Shown here: positions 38,446 to 50,850 of the stretch, piece after piece
Numbering within the stretch: position 1 is the stretch's first letter
Layout: each line of letters begins with the position of its first letter
Assembly: GCA_965113315.1 (NCBI GenBank)
Contig: OZ220367.1
DNA length: 64,000 nt
Reading direction: 5' to 3' (one strand)
From: Podarcis vaucheri
Lineage: Eukaryota
Position numbers and translations under genes: made by a program
The notes under the pieces: model-generated
The model's input: only the letters and a program-made list of their open reading frames with translations
Told to the model about the DNA's origin: nothing
The model's database searches: none

Positions 38446-38918
38446 TAGTTTCACCCTTCTGATGGCAGGGCTGTAAAACCGTAGGTTCTTTTTTACATAT
38501 GTGGTGGGTGGGTGCACTGGTCAAAAACTTTTGGGATATTGTTTTGGATAAAATTTCTGATATAACCGGACAAACAATCCCCTCCATCGCAGCATTTGCT
38601 GTCTTATCCTTCACTGAGCAAGTGGAAGCAAGATTTATAAGAACCAAGTAATACTGCTTCATGGAAACATGAAGGCAGTCTCTCTTTAGAGAGATGGATG
38701 GCCAAAGACTAGGGCATGGCCTTATCTGAAAAGTTAATGCAGCACAGCAGGATAGTGTGTGGTCTTTTTCGCCATGGGAAATTTGACAGTATAGGGTATA
38801 CCTTCATCACATATATCAACAGATCTCTTTCATTGTTTTCTCCCCCACTTACCCACATTTCATTCTGGCAAAGTTCCATAAGATGAGCAGACACAGTGAT
38901 TTAGCCTTAGACATCCCT

Positions 38919-39163
38919 TAGGTTTGCCATATTTCAAGAGGTAAAAATCCAGACACAAAAGGTTGCTGAGCTTTCCTAGGGCAATCGCCCAATCGCCTCA
39001 CCGCCAAGCCAGAGCCTGAAACTGAGCTGCCCGGGGACATTTAACACAAATCAAATCCATAATCCAAGATATTTGCTTTCAAATATAAAATTCTCCCTGG
39101 GTGGGCATATAGGACCCCCAAAAGAGGACATGTCAGGGAATCCCCAGACACATGGCAACCCTA
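38919..39163. mobile_element. Old MITE with taggg(t)tgcca-type TIR (hAT Blackjack/Tip100-like)
   Basis: taggtttgccat ... atggcaacccta. ggaca subterminal motifs. No clean TSD. Confidence 0.6.
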
Positions 39164-40733
39164 CCTTTACTCTTCAGCATAATGCGTATTAAGTTAAGGC
39201 AGAGCTCTTTATTGTTTGTAATTCTGCTTACCTTTACAGTCCAGTCTCAACTGCATTCATTTTAATACATGATTTACTTGCTTCTTTTATTGGAAAAAAA
39301 ACCACAAAAAGGAAAGAAAGAAATTAAGCATGGACAATCAGTAAGACAGACAGACCCTTCTAGGATAGGTGTTGGCTTTGACTCTTTCACATAACCCTTT
39401 CAGCCTCTGTTGAGTCCCATCTCCATGGATGCAGCACCCAAGAATCTTAAGACAGGGGAGGAAATGCTGAGAAAGATTGAATTGCCGAGAAGGGTGAACC
39501 GGGTCACAGTGGAATTGAAGTCCAGACTTCCACAACATCACTGGCCCCATCTACACTGAGTGAGGGAGAACTGATAAGTGATTGGATGGCCAGCTGCAAG
39601 TATAATGCAACAAGCCAGACTATCTCATGGATTGCACAGGTGCTGCCTATAAGGACCAATGATTCTGGAAATAAATCCTGAAGGAGTTGCCAAGTTAGAC
39701 AATGCGGTCGTTAATTTTTAGAGGGGGGGGGTCCTTCCTTCCTTCCTTCCTTCCTTGCTGCAACATTTGCAAACTTCAGATTTTGATTGTCAGTTATTGC
39801 ATATGGCACTTCCTCCCCATCCACCTCTTTGAGGGTCACAGTCTAAATCCTTGGAGAGAAATCTTACTAGATAATTAGGTAGATGTGCGATCAGCTGTGC
39901 AAGAGTCCATCACACATGTTTATGAAGCCTTAAATTATATATTTTAAAACCCACAAAACTGATTGTTTTAGGTCCCATCTGCAGTTATCCAGTCGGAAAT
40001 AAATGACAAGTACCTAATTTTTGCTTTCTCCTGGCTCAGCTTTCAAGAGGGGGCCCTTGCCATTCCCACCCTCAGTATGTACACAAACATACAGCCCCAT
40101 ATATTATGGGATAGGGTAGTTGTCTCTTCTCTGAGAGACATTTGTGTCATCTGGTTTATGGGACTCCTGTGAATTATCTGGCAGGCAATGAGGTAATTGA
40201 ATATTTAGACTAACTAGGTTACATTCTCTTGTGGTCTAGCAAGCATTTATTTTGCTGATGTCTTGAAGAGTTTTTTTTAATGCTGCAAGAAAAAACCCAC
40301 CGTTGCATCAGAATAAACAGTCTAAGTGGAGTTGCAGAGAGATTTTTGGGTGTTTGTGAACTTTCTAGTGATAGAAATATAGCTTGAGAGATACCTGAGA
40401 TATAGGAGCCTTGAAGATCCCTAAAGACACACTAAATTCCAAGTCTCTCTACCATGGGGAGGGAATCGATAATACTCTGGTTTATGAAGGACAGGGTGAT
40501 TAATGAAACAGAAAATGAGTCACTTCTTTTATTCACTTAGCCTACAGTCCTGCACACAGTTTGTCTGCTTAAATCCATCTGAAGTCATTGGAAGTTTAAA
40601 AACCCAACGGTATGCAGGGCTGCAGCCACAGATTGTTTTGGATCATTTGAAATCAAAAGGAAATAATTTCCAAAAGGTCCAGTTTGATTCTGCATCACAG
40701 CAGGCATCACCAATATCAGAATCTGTAGGGGAC

Positions 40734-40853
40734 TCATAGAATCATACAATGCAGGAATCTCAACATGCGGTCTCCCATCCAATTCAAAACCATAACAGGC
40801 CCTGCTTAGCTTTGCAAATTCAGCAACAGTTTTATTGCTGCACCACTATGAGA
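40734..40853 (-). mobile_element. 5S rRNA-derived SINE-like element with CR1-type tail
   Basis: Minus strand aagctaagcagggcc...ttggatgggagaccgc matches the 5S A and C boxes, then ttcctgcattgtatgattctatga. Confidence 0.7.
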
Positions 40854-41469
40854 ACACAGAGAAGAATAAACTAGAGATTTTGAGCTTAATCTTCACGGGT
40901 ATGATATAGTTCCACTTGATACTAGCCAGAGGCTCCAGCTTGTGAGCATGTTGGGGAGGCCAATATCACACACGTCAAGATGTTGGGAAGGGCTGGAGGC
41001 TGGGCCAAACGTGGCAGCCCTGTGGCGTCAACGGTCGGCAGCTCCTCCTGGTGCCATCACCGGGAGGAGGCTGCTTCGACCTTCCTTCCCCTCCAGAGCA
41101 GCAGGAAGCAATGGAGCCAGCCACTAGAGCCACACTACGCCATGCTCGGCTCTGCGCTTCGCCTCAGTGCCTTTGAGACATTGGGGAGGGGGTGGTCCCA
41201 ACCCCCCAAAAATTGAAGCCGCCCAAAAGGGCTCAGTCCCCAGGAGCTGGTGCCTCTGATATTAGCACAAAACTGGGCTCCACATTGGTGTATAATTTGA
41301 TGGCTACCACAAGCATTAATGTACACAGTCTGAGTGAAATGTTGTGCTTGGGAAAGGAGACCATTTTGAGGTAGGTGCCAGACTTTTCAATTGCCCAAGA
41401 AGCAATTTGGAGATCCATGGGGGCAATTGCTGGATTCTCTCTCACACAGAGACTGGCTCATGGTCCCAT

Positions 41470-41650
41470 GGGGAAGGGCTGTATCTCAGAGGGAGAACAC
41501 CTGCCAAGTTCAATCCCAGGCACCTCCACGTAGGACTGAGAATGTCCCCTGTCCAAAATCCTGGATTGCCACTGCTAGTCAGTATAGACAGTACAGACCA
41601 CAAGGTGGGTAATAGGTCAACTCAGTATAAGGCAGTTTCCTGTGCTCCTA
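41470..41650 (+). mobile_element. tRNA-derived SINE (Squam2-like)
   Basis: gggaagggctgtatctcag...gttcaatccc...ctcagtataaggcagtttcctgtg. Confidence 0.7.
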
Positions 41651-42300
41651 TTTCTTACATGAACAATCATTCCCTGGAAAAGTGGGGAAAGAATTCATCT
41701 CCTTTCAGGCTAATTTCTTAGAAATTATGACAGAGAAAGCTAAGACATAAATCCTCTTACGTGGAAATGCATGATTCCATCAATATCAAGCCTTCGTATT
41801 TGTCTACACTCTTCAGCAACCACCTCCCCCCATTTTCCCATTCTATTTTCCCATTTCTCATTCTATTTACAAGCTATAATATTTTTCTGTAATGTGTTTA
41901 TTCCATTTATTTCCAGGAAATCATAATACTAAATAAATATAATTGAACTGGATGTGTATAAAGCAAAAGGAAGATGTTAAAATTGGATAAAATAAAGTGA
42001 GTTAAATACAACTGCAGTTTAAAATGCTTCATGGTTTTGAGCATGGTTATTGTTTACCAGATATGCAAACATACCCAGTGGATTAATTTTATCATATTTA
42101 TTTCCCAGGAGAAAGATATTCTTTTCTGCAATGGAAATTTAACATCATAGATTTACTTCAGAGTCTGGTACACAACTGAAAACTATACAAAGATCCTCAA
42201 TTATACTATTGTTTGTCAGGAGATACAGATACTTGTATTATATAACCTGACACTGTAGTCTAAAGGCATAAAAAATATACACTGGAATACCAACATCCTC

Positions 42301-42450
42301 ATCATAGAATCACAGAATCAGAGTTGGGATGTCTGCAAGGATAATCTAGTCCAACCCCTGGCAATGCATAAGCCTTGGTTTCCAGACCCTTGATCACCTT
42401 GATCACTTTCTTCTACACACATTCCAGTTTGTCAATATCCTTCTTAAATC
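42301..42450 (-). mobile_element. CR1-type 3' tail and CR1 fragment
   Basis: atcatagaatcacagaatcagagttggga...tctagtccaacccc. Confidence 0.65.
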
Positions 42451-45226
42451 CTATTTATATACCTTACTATACCATGTATGGCAGATATTTAGACTGCAAC
42501 TCCATTCCCACTTACCTGGGAGTTTGCCCCAATGAACTCTATGGAACTTAGTTCTGAGTAGACATGTGCAAGATTGTACTATGAAGATACTGGTTGATTT
42601 GCAGAATGTTGTTTTTGGGATTTCTATGAAACTTCACACAACCCAGGTCAGATATACACCAAAACAACGCTAGCATTAACTTCTAGTACATCTTCAACCT
42701 CCTTCACAAATTATATTCATAAAGAGGGTACCCATCTTCAAGGTGGTAGTGGAGCTCCACCATTGGCCTGCCTCCTGCTGGCCATGCATTGAGTTTGAAC
42801 ATCTGAGCAGAGGAAACCTGTGTACTAAAAATCTGCATGCATAGGTATCACCATAGCTCAGATGTCCACTCAATGCATGGATATTAGGGAGCAGGGAAGA
42901 TACCCTATATTAATATGTAAACAGGTTACAAGCATAATCTGTGAAGAGGGCTTTCTTGAGGATATCCTCAGCAGGATGGCATCTAGCAAGAGAACATTAT
43001 GGCCCAATTCAGGCATATTAAGGCTTATGCCAAGCTATGCATGCCTTTTGATTGCATGCTCTATCCTTGCCCTCTCTCTTCCACCTTCCCTTCTCAGCAC
43101 ATTGCAATTCAACACGTCTTGGATTAATTAACCATAGTTTAATTAACCATAGTGTATACATAGATGGCTCTTCTGAAATAATTACATTCCATTGTGAGCC
43201 AGGAAATTATTGTTACTAGGATCCAAACGTCACTATTCAAAGTTGGTCTATGATCTTAGCCAGGTAACCATAGTTTTCTCAAATGAGATGCAGTGGGAAA
43301 CTATGGTTCATTAACCCAGCAAGTGCTGAATTATGATGTATTATGAAGGAAGGCAGGAAGGGGTGGTGCAAAGACTGAGCATTTGGGCACAAGGCACATC
43401 TTGACTTAAGAAGCAAGGGCATGCATCCAAAACTGGGTGCTGTTTGGATTTACAAAGAGCTACAAGAAAGAAAGAAAAACCTCAAAATAGGATGATACCA
43501 TTTTCTGGTGTCCTATCAATCCCACCTACTTAACTTTAGCCTGAGGCTTTACTGGGCTTTGTTTCACATAGGAAGAGTGAGTTTCCAGTTAGTATATGTG
43601 TGTTGCCTGGCCCTTCATATGCACATCCAGCAATGGCATTACCCATGACACAAAGAACATACACTGCACCAGACTTAGAGGACGATAAGGCTGCAGCTCT
43701 GTCCTTGTGGGAAGAACTGTCAGAACCATCTTCAAGAACCAACCAAAGAACACAGCCTTGCCACCTTCCTCTGATTTAGAGGAGGAATCTACCATAGTAC
43801 CTTTACTTCCCACGCTGCAGTCCTGCAATAGCAAAAGACTGTAAAACAGGGATAGCAGGTCTTACTGCATTACACCCCTGACGATATTCTTCACTGTGCT
43901 TTGCTGAATCCTGGCAAGACTTACATGTGAGTAAATGTTATATTTTCTTATGCTTACTACACATTCTGTTGCCTGATTATTTTTGTAGGAGGGAAAAGAG
44001 GGTGATCCCAGACTGCTGGGGCAGCCTGGGTAAGAATATTTAAGGCTAAGCAGCCTAGTTTCAAGTTTCCATTTTGCTCTGCAAAGGGATGGTAATATTT
44101 TACCAAAGAAAGACTAAAACTCCAAACCTCACTCAAGTGAGACTGGGGAGATAATCCTCTCCTACTTAATCAAAATCCATCCAATAAATTGTCGCCCAAT
44201 AATATCTAGAGGGCCAGAGGTTCCTTACTACTGCTGCACTAGTGTAGGGCACATGATTTGCTTGGGTCAATCTGGGGATCATTTCTTGGCATCACCAATG
44301 AAAGGACATCAGGATCGAGCTATAAGTTGCATGTGACATTTTATTGATATTTGTTTTTAATGAAAAACAGCCTTCAGAGGCTGAAAATTTGATCTGAGAA
44401 GCAGCGGGGGAGAAGCAGCCCTTTCGTTTAGGGCTTTAGCTGATCAGAATTGTCCTCTCTGACCTGCTTTTTCCCATGAGGCACTTCTTAGCTGGAAAAT
44501 GGTCAGCAGGAAAGGCTTGGTCTTTCCTTAAAATCCCACCACTCTCAATAGCATCCTCCCAAAACTGCTTAAAAAAAGAAGCAGCTTTGGGAGAAAGTTA
44601 CCTACATCTTAGTGGCCATGTCTAGTTTGACCCACAGATAGCTCTCTGCCTGAGACTACTGACAGCCAGCTTCTTAGATTCTCACAAATTACTGCTCTGT
44701 GATAAATTTCTGTTAGCTAATGATTCCTATAAAACAGAGCCATCCTTCATTTTAGCATTTTGCTCAATACAAATAAATGCATCTAATTTCTTTTACCATA
44801 TCTTTTTCCCAGGGTAACCAGTTGTTGATTGGATATTGTTGTAGCTCAGCATACACATTTGTTACAGAAACAGACCATTAATTAGGGAATGTATCATTTG
44901 AACTGGGCCATCATCCTTCTACCTGGATTTGTGCACAAATACACCATTAAGAATGACGAGAACCCGCCTGCGCAAGGTGGAAAAAACACGTCCCCAGCAC
45001 GATTTCTAATCTGATAGTAATGATACATTTTATCATGTTAATGATTTACCTTCTATTCTTGGGTCTTTTCTTCTCATTGACTGCTCTGTTAAAGGGGGAA
45101 GGGGAGTGTTTGAATAAGAAATCTTGGTGGTATACGTAAATGGACTTTGTATTCACCTGGGTCTTGGTAGTTATTGTGCTACATTATGAAAACCATATAG
45201 GTTTGTAAAATAATGTTCATAAAATG

Positions 45227-45266
45227 TGCTGTTCAGGCCCCTCATAAATGAGGGGCCTGAACAGCA
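45227..45266. repeat. Perfect inverted repeat, 19-bp arms, 2-nt spacer
   Basis: tgctgttcaggcccctcat-aa-atgaggggcctgaacagca. Confidence 0.97.
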
Positions 45267-45338
45267 TGAAAAATGGGAGTAGCGTGCTGCCTCCAATTCT
45301 CACTGAGGACTGGGCAAGACACTCCAGATCATGAGACA

Positions 45339-45364
45339 GACACACACACACACACACACACACA
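45339..45364. repeat. (CA)n microsatellite
   Basis: Seen directly. Confidence 0.95.
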
Positions 45365-47001
45365 GGCCTTTTGGAGGGCTCAGTGGTGGAGCATGCTTTT
45401 AATCAGAAATGCAAACAAATTTGCATATAAGTTTTTCCATCTAAACTGGTAGTATGAGGTAGGATCCACATCAAAGAAAAGGGAAGAAGTACGCACATTC
45501 TGTTTACCTATTTTCCTCATTCTCTGACTATCGCTATGCTAATCTGTCACAAATAAACTTGAAAACCTCATTGTCTTGTTCATTAGCCAGAGCAAGGAAG
45601 AGCCACCCATTACCTTGGCATCCTAGCAGACAATATCAAGAGTCCTGCCAGGAAAAAGGTTTCAGAGCTCTCCCTTGCCTCTCCCTTTCTATACCGCTGT
45701 TGTCATATATATTTTTCACCTTTCTGTTGCTCCTCCACAACAGGCCAGCATAGGCCATGTATGCTTTCTAGCTTACTGCGAAATAACACAAGCACCATGT
45801 TGGATGTCTGTGTTGTCTTTGTCACCACTGTGGACCAGCTCTAACTCACTCAGCCAAGCTATGTGGCCTTGCCCTGGCCATTTCCCATTCCTTTAGTGCC
45901 ACTGGAGCTGTGACAGGCTGTCTTTGTTGGACTCTTCACAGGCTGGGCTCATGTCACTCCATCATATTATTGATGGAGAACCTCAATATGATGGATTTTC
46001 CTATCAGATTTTGATGCATCAGGTTATCTGTGCTGGTTGCCCGAGGCATTTCTGACCAGATCCTTGGACTTGCTGGTGCAGACTGTAAAGTATAATGAGA
46101 ACTGGAGAAGGTTCACCATTGAGACTGTACTTGTACATAGTGACTCTGAGAACCTGGCTCAACAGGGAACATCTGAGATTTCATGCTTGGGTAATTTCAT
46201 GCTTGGGAATTCAAGCTAGGTTTACTACACTGCCTCAGAAAGCACCTCAGCTAATACTAACCGTGTCCAAACAAATCCTGAGCATCCACAATTACTGTTT
46301 TGCTTTCATTCATTTGCAAACAAAATCTCCATGCTCCTGTTTTTCGCTGGCCAGTGTGGGCCATATAATCCACAGATGCCAGAAGTGTATGTAGTCCATT
46401 CATTTCATTGGCTCCCATCGCCCTACATGTGCCAACTGAGGCTAGCAATCCGTGTTTCTGATGGGATTTCGTCCACAAAGGCTTATGACATGATAAATCT
46501 GCCAGTCTTTTGAGGCGTCACACAAATCTATTTCTTGTGTTAAGAGCATTCAGGCAGTTTAAAGCTGAATTGCAGCATCAGACACTTCCAATGTGTTTTG
46601 GAGTTTCAAACAAGAACATTTGATTCAGGGTCAAATCGTTCCAGATTAGTTATACAATTATAATGGGTTTCCCCTGCTTCTCTTTATGAATCATTTATAT
46701 ACTCATTTATCTACACAATTTCTCTCAATGGTTTCTGACATACCAGTGGATGCAGGCTTTCCACAAACTAGTTCCTTGATTATGTTGTTAGCTCTTCCTT
46801 ATTAGATGCTGTATGACTGTGCCCCTTATGTTCCTATATTGCTGCTTATGACTGACTCCTTACGACTAATTAGAAACAGTTATACAAATATGTATAACTG
46901 AATGGTACATGTTACAGATAGGTAGCCGTGTTGGTCTGCCATAGTCAAAATAAAAAAAATCCTTCCAGTAGCACCTTAAAGACCAACTAAGTTAGTTCTT
47001 G

Positions 47002-47039
47002 GTATGAGCTTTCGTGTGCATGCACACTTCTTCAGATAC
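47002..47039 (-). ncRNA. Minimal type I hammerhead ribozyme motif (left arm)
   Basis: Minus strand GUAU-CUGAAGA-A-GUGUGCAUGCACAC-GAAA-GC-UC-AUAC. Confidence 0.8.
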
Positions 47040-47208
47040 ACTGAAACAGAAGTTGCCAGACCCTTCTATATAGTGTAAGACAGTCGTTAAGAGTCGTCAA
47101 CAGGCTCATCTCAGCTATCTGCCAATCTCCCATTCCCACCACCCTTCTGAGTAATACCCCTCCCCACCTTCTCACTATATAGAAGGATCTGGCAACTTCT
47201 GTTTCAGT

Positions 47209-47246
47209 GTATCTGAAGAAGTGTGCGTGCACACGAAAGCTCATAC
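47209..47246 (+). ncRNA. Minimal type I hammerhead ribozyme motif (right arm)
   Basis: GUAU-CUGAAGA-A-GUGUGCGUGCACAC-GAAA-GC-UC-AUAC. Stem I GUAU/AUAC, stem II GUGUG/CACAC, palindromic AGCU at stem III. Confidence 0.8.
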
Positions 47247-48400
47247 CAAGAACTAACTTAGTTGGTCTTTAAGGTGCTACTGGAAGGAATGTTTTTATTT
47301 TGAATGGTACATAACTGTCATGTACCAACATAGCCAGCCATGGCAACGTTTTATGGAGCAAATCTATCCTGGAATGGAGTGTGACCATTCTGATCCCATA
47401 GTTCAGTTCATTATCCTGTAAACTAGTGAAAGTTTTTGTGGTACTTCCAGAGCAGGAGCAGCAACAGTCCTGCTCAATCTAATCATCCCATTTGCCCATG
47501 ATTTCTTCTTGTGAATATTTTACAGTGCAGTTCTATACAGTAAGGCTGCATTATTAGCTACATTTATAGCACAATCCCATGAATGTCTACTCAGAAGTAA
47601 AGCACATACTTCCACCTAAGTGAGTATAGGATTGCAGGTTTTGTTTCTGGAAACATGGCATATATATTAAGATGCAAATAAGCAAGTCTGTCATGATTAC
47701 ATAGGGGTGAAAAGGAAATGCTTAAGCGTGACTCACTAATGCAAAAAGAATGGCTTTGTTTTCCATCTTTAATGTCAGCAGATATATGAGTGAAGTGGAA
47801 GGCATATGGCCAACAGCACATTCTACTGCATATTTGAAGTTTAGACAAGCTTTAATAATCTGCCTCTTTCTGGAATTGTGTTCCTTGAATATAGAAGCAA
47901 AAAAACAAATTTCAAAAGGGTTTGGGAACATTCTCCCCAGTTAGGCAAATGTGATGTTCCATCTGGCTGCAAATATGTTTATATATTTTAACCTGAGATT
48001 TTAATGCTGGTTTAAGTAAACCAGTTTACTTGGCAATAGAGCAACAACAACAAGCAACTTATTTGACCAAGCTATTGAGCTCCACACATGTTTTTTCTCC
48101 ATTGGCAAATGACTATCTGTATGTCAGATTTCCCCTCCATACCAGATAAAACAGGCTTATCCCTGTGAAAACCCAATTAACTTATATGGTGTCCTGGCAC
48201 ATTGTGTCGTTCATAGTGGATGGACTTTCAAAAGAATCCTAATTCGTAGGATGCAACTCTACATGTACATACTTGGGAGTTAGTCCCATTGAACTCAAAA
48301 GAACTTAATTCTGAATAGACATTGATAAGATTGCATTGTTAAGTTATGCAATCCTATGCCCACTTGCCTGCCATTAAGCTCAGTACGATTGACTTCTTGG

Positions 48401-48823
48401 TAGGGATGGGGGGGGATTCAATTTGGTTTGCATTTAAGGTTGAATGTATGTGCTTCATTTACACTTTCTGAAATGACATGAGAATTGAAACAATAATCTT
48501 GCAAAAGTCACACTTCTCTGAATTTTGCAATGCAGTTCTCCGGATATGAAATGGGTACAAAAATGCATTCCTTAGAGCAAACTGCATACAAATGCATACA
48601 ATAGTGAAAATGACATACAAAAATGCATTATTTGGGGGGAATTGCTATGCAAAAGTTTATTAGGCAAAATGCATACAAATATAATAGAAGAAATTTACAC
48701 TAAAATGCAGGATTTTCATGAGGCCTTTAGGGGAAAAAAGCAAACTGATATGGTAATGTGGCAGACTGAACTTATAAAAATCAGAAACAGAGAAACCAAA
48801 CTTGACAGATTTGCCCATCCCTC
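48401..48823 (+). mobile_element. AT-rich hAT-like element (tagggatggg TIR)
   Basis: tagggatggg ... cccatccctc. Decayed 8-bp TSD cttcttgg/cttctgag. Relatives at 18184, 25885, 54303 (minus) and 58915. Confidence 0.7.
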
Positions 48824-48938
48824 CTTCTGAGTAAGCATGTATGGAACTGCACTATTAAGGGGCTTACCCAGAAACTAGCCTCTTACTTGTAATCTTGCAA
48901 AAGACTGAATATTTCACCTGAAATATGCTTTTGTATTA

Positions 48939-49148
48939 CAGTGGTACCTCAGGTTACAGACTCCACTAACCCAGAAATAGTACCTCAGGTTAAGACCTTT
49001 GCTTCAGGATGAGAACAGAAATCGTGCTCTGGCGGCGCAGCGGCAGCAGGAGGCCCCATTAGCTAAAGTGGTGCTTCCGGTTAAGAACAGCTTCAGGTTA
49101 AGAACGGACCTCCGGAACGAATTAAGTACTTAACCCGAGGTACCACTG
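48939..49148. mobile_element. MITE family A
   Basis: TIRs and TA TSD. Confidence 0.93.
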
Positions 49149-50608
49149 TACTTGCATGCAATGGAGAGCTGTGCATAATAAGAATTTCTACGAAGTGATG
49201 CCAGTAATTGTCACTTTGCTAACTTGTGCCTTTCTCAACAGCAAGGTAATCCTGTTCTGGCCTGTGCTTGAAGCAGAAGCAGGTGCTGTCCCTCAGGCTT
49301 TTGATCTGTTTGTAAGTCATTGCTGCAGATATGTGTGCCTCCTCCAGCCGCCCAAACCTGGCACACACAACCCACCAGTTCTCTCATGAGGCCTGCGCAA
49401 ACAGAACTCATAAAAGGCTAACAAATCCCTTCTTCTCCTAGACCGACTTATATGTGTGTTTCAATCTTTAAACAAAATGAGAAAGTTTAATGAAACAGTC
49501 CCCTTTTCAGACCTTCGCAAGAAGAGCCTCCAGACAAAATTAGATTGAAGTACATAAATTCTTAATTTGCTGTAGATAATGTCTACCAGATGATAGGATT
49601 GGGAGCATGAGTGGAAAACAGATTTGGAACAAATGTCATTCAGCACTTTTCATGCAGAGAATAATTAATGACTTGACCTCAGGCAAGATTGTCAAATCAG
49701 GGCAAAAAAAAAAAGAGAGAGAGATCTACTGAGGTCATTCAAAAGCCAATCCAAAAGATGGCATCCTTCAGGAACCTGACTCATTTGCAGAAAGAAGCCT
49801 AATGTATTCTTCCAGCAAGAAATGTACAATGCAGTCTAATTTAAAACCCTGCCATGAGGAATATCTATAGTTTTGCTGGCTGCAGCACCTAGCTGTATAG
49901 TGTTGGGCTGCAGAGCTTGCATTGCCCAATGGATCAAATAAATATTTTTAAAGAGTTATTGCCCTTTGTGGACTGGGCACAAATGCTAGCAATGTAGGGC
50001 TCAGAGGAAATTGAATCCCACCCTGGAATCTACAATACAACTGAGTTAAAGACATTGATTTTTCCCTGCTTTCTAGCAGGGATGAGGAACCCGTGGCCCT
50101 GAAGAGGGCTGTTGGATTACAAGACCCATCAGTCCCAGCCAGCCTCACACCAATGGTCAAGGGTGATGAGTTGCATTCCAACAACCTCTGCAGGGTCACT
50201 GGATAGCCAAACCTTATTTAAAGTTCCTAAAATTGAGAAATCTTCAAACCACCACTAATTAAATCTCCCCTTGGTATTTTAAAACAGATTCCCTGGAGAA
50301 ATAAAATATAAGATGCCATGGGGCTCAAAAGTGGGCATGGCTACCTGCTCCCTTTGTTATCAGAGTTGAGGACTGAAAGAGGGAACTGCGGGCTGTGACA
50401 CTAGGATCATCCTAGCCAAGAGAATCGAGTGATTAGAGAACCACACTTCCGTCACTGCCTAGAAAGTTCTCAATCCTTTCCTATTGTGCAGATAAGAGGC
50501 TCTCTTTTTGCCAATTGCCTGTCTGCTCCAGATACTTCCCATTCCTCAGGATCAAACTACATCTGCTAATTGCATTTGTGCGACTGAGGTGATACAATTT
50601 TTGCAGTA

Positions 50609-50850
50609 CAGTGGTACCTCGGGTTACAGATGCTTCAGGTTACAGACACTTCAGGTTACAAACTCCACTAACCCAGAAATAGTACCTCAGGTTAAGAACT
50701 TTGCTTCAGGATGAGAACACAAATCACGTGGCAGTGGTGCGGTGTCAGCGGGAGGCCCCACTAGCTTAAGTGGTACCTCAGGTTAAGAACAGTTTCAGGT
50801 TAAGAACGGACCTCTGGAACGAATTAAGTTCTTAACCCGAGGTACCACTG
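50609..50850. mobile_element. MITE family A
   Basis: TIRs and TA TSD. Confidence 0.93.

Larger units (their letters stand above)
46911..47300. mobile_element. Penelope-like element remnant: inverted pseudo-LTR pair
   Basis: ~130-bp inverted arms (46946-47075 / 47173-47302). 12-bp flanking duplication tgaatggtacat (46899-46910, 47301-47312). Hammerhead motif and ttagttggtctttaaggtgctac end typical of reptile PLEs. Confidence 0.9.

Noticed and set aside
40765-40815. 5S rRNA gene
   Set aside because: Only the internal control region resembles 5S, with many changes, and it is not in a tandem array.
43589-43824. Possible minus-strand exon after tcttttgctattgcag
   Set aside because: Peptide not recognisable; such acceptors are expected by chance.
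46008-46190. Possible coding exon (ttttcctatcag acceptor, open frame DFDASGYLCWLPEAF..., gtaatt donor)
   Set aside because: No recognisable protein similarity, weak donor and no partner exons. Would need RNA-seq or tBLASTn.
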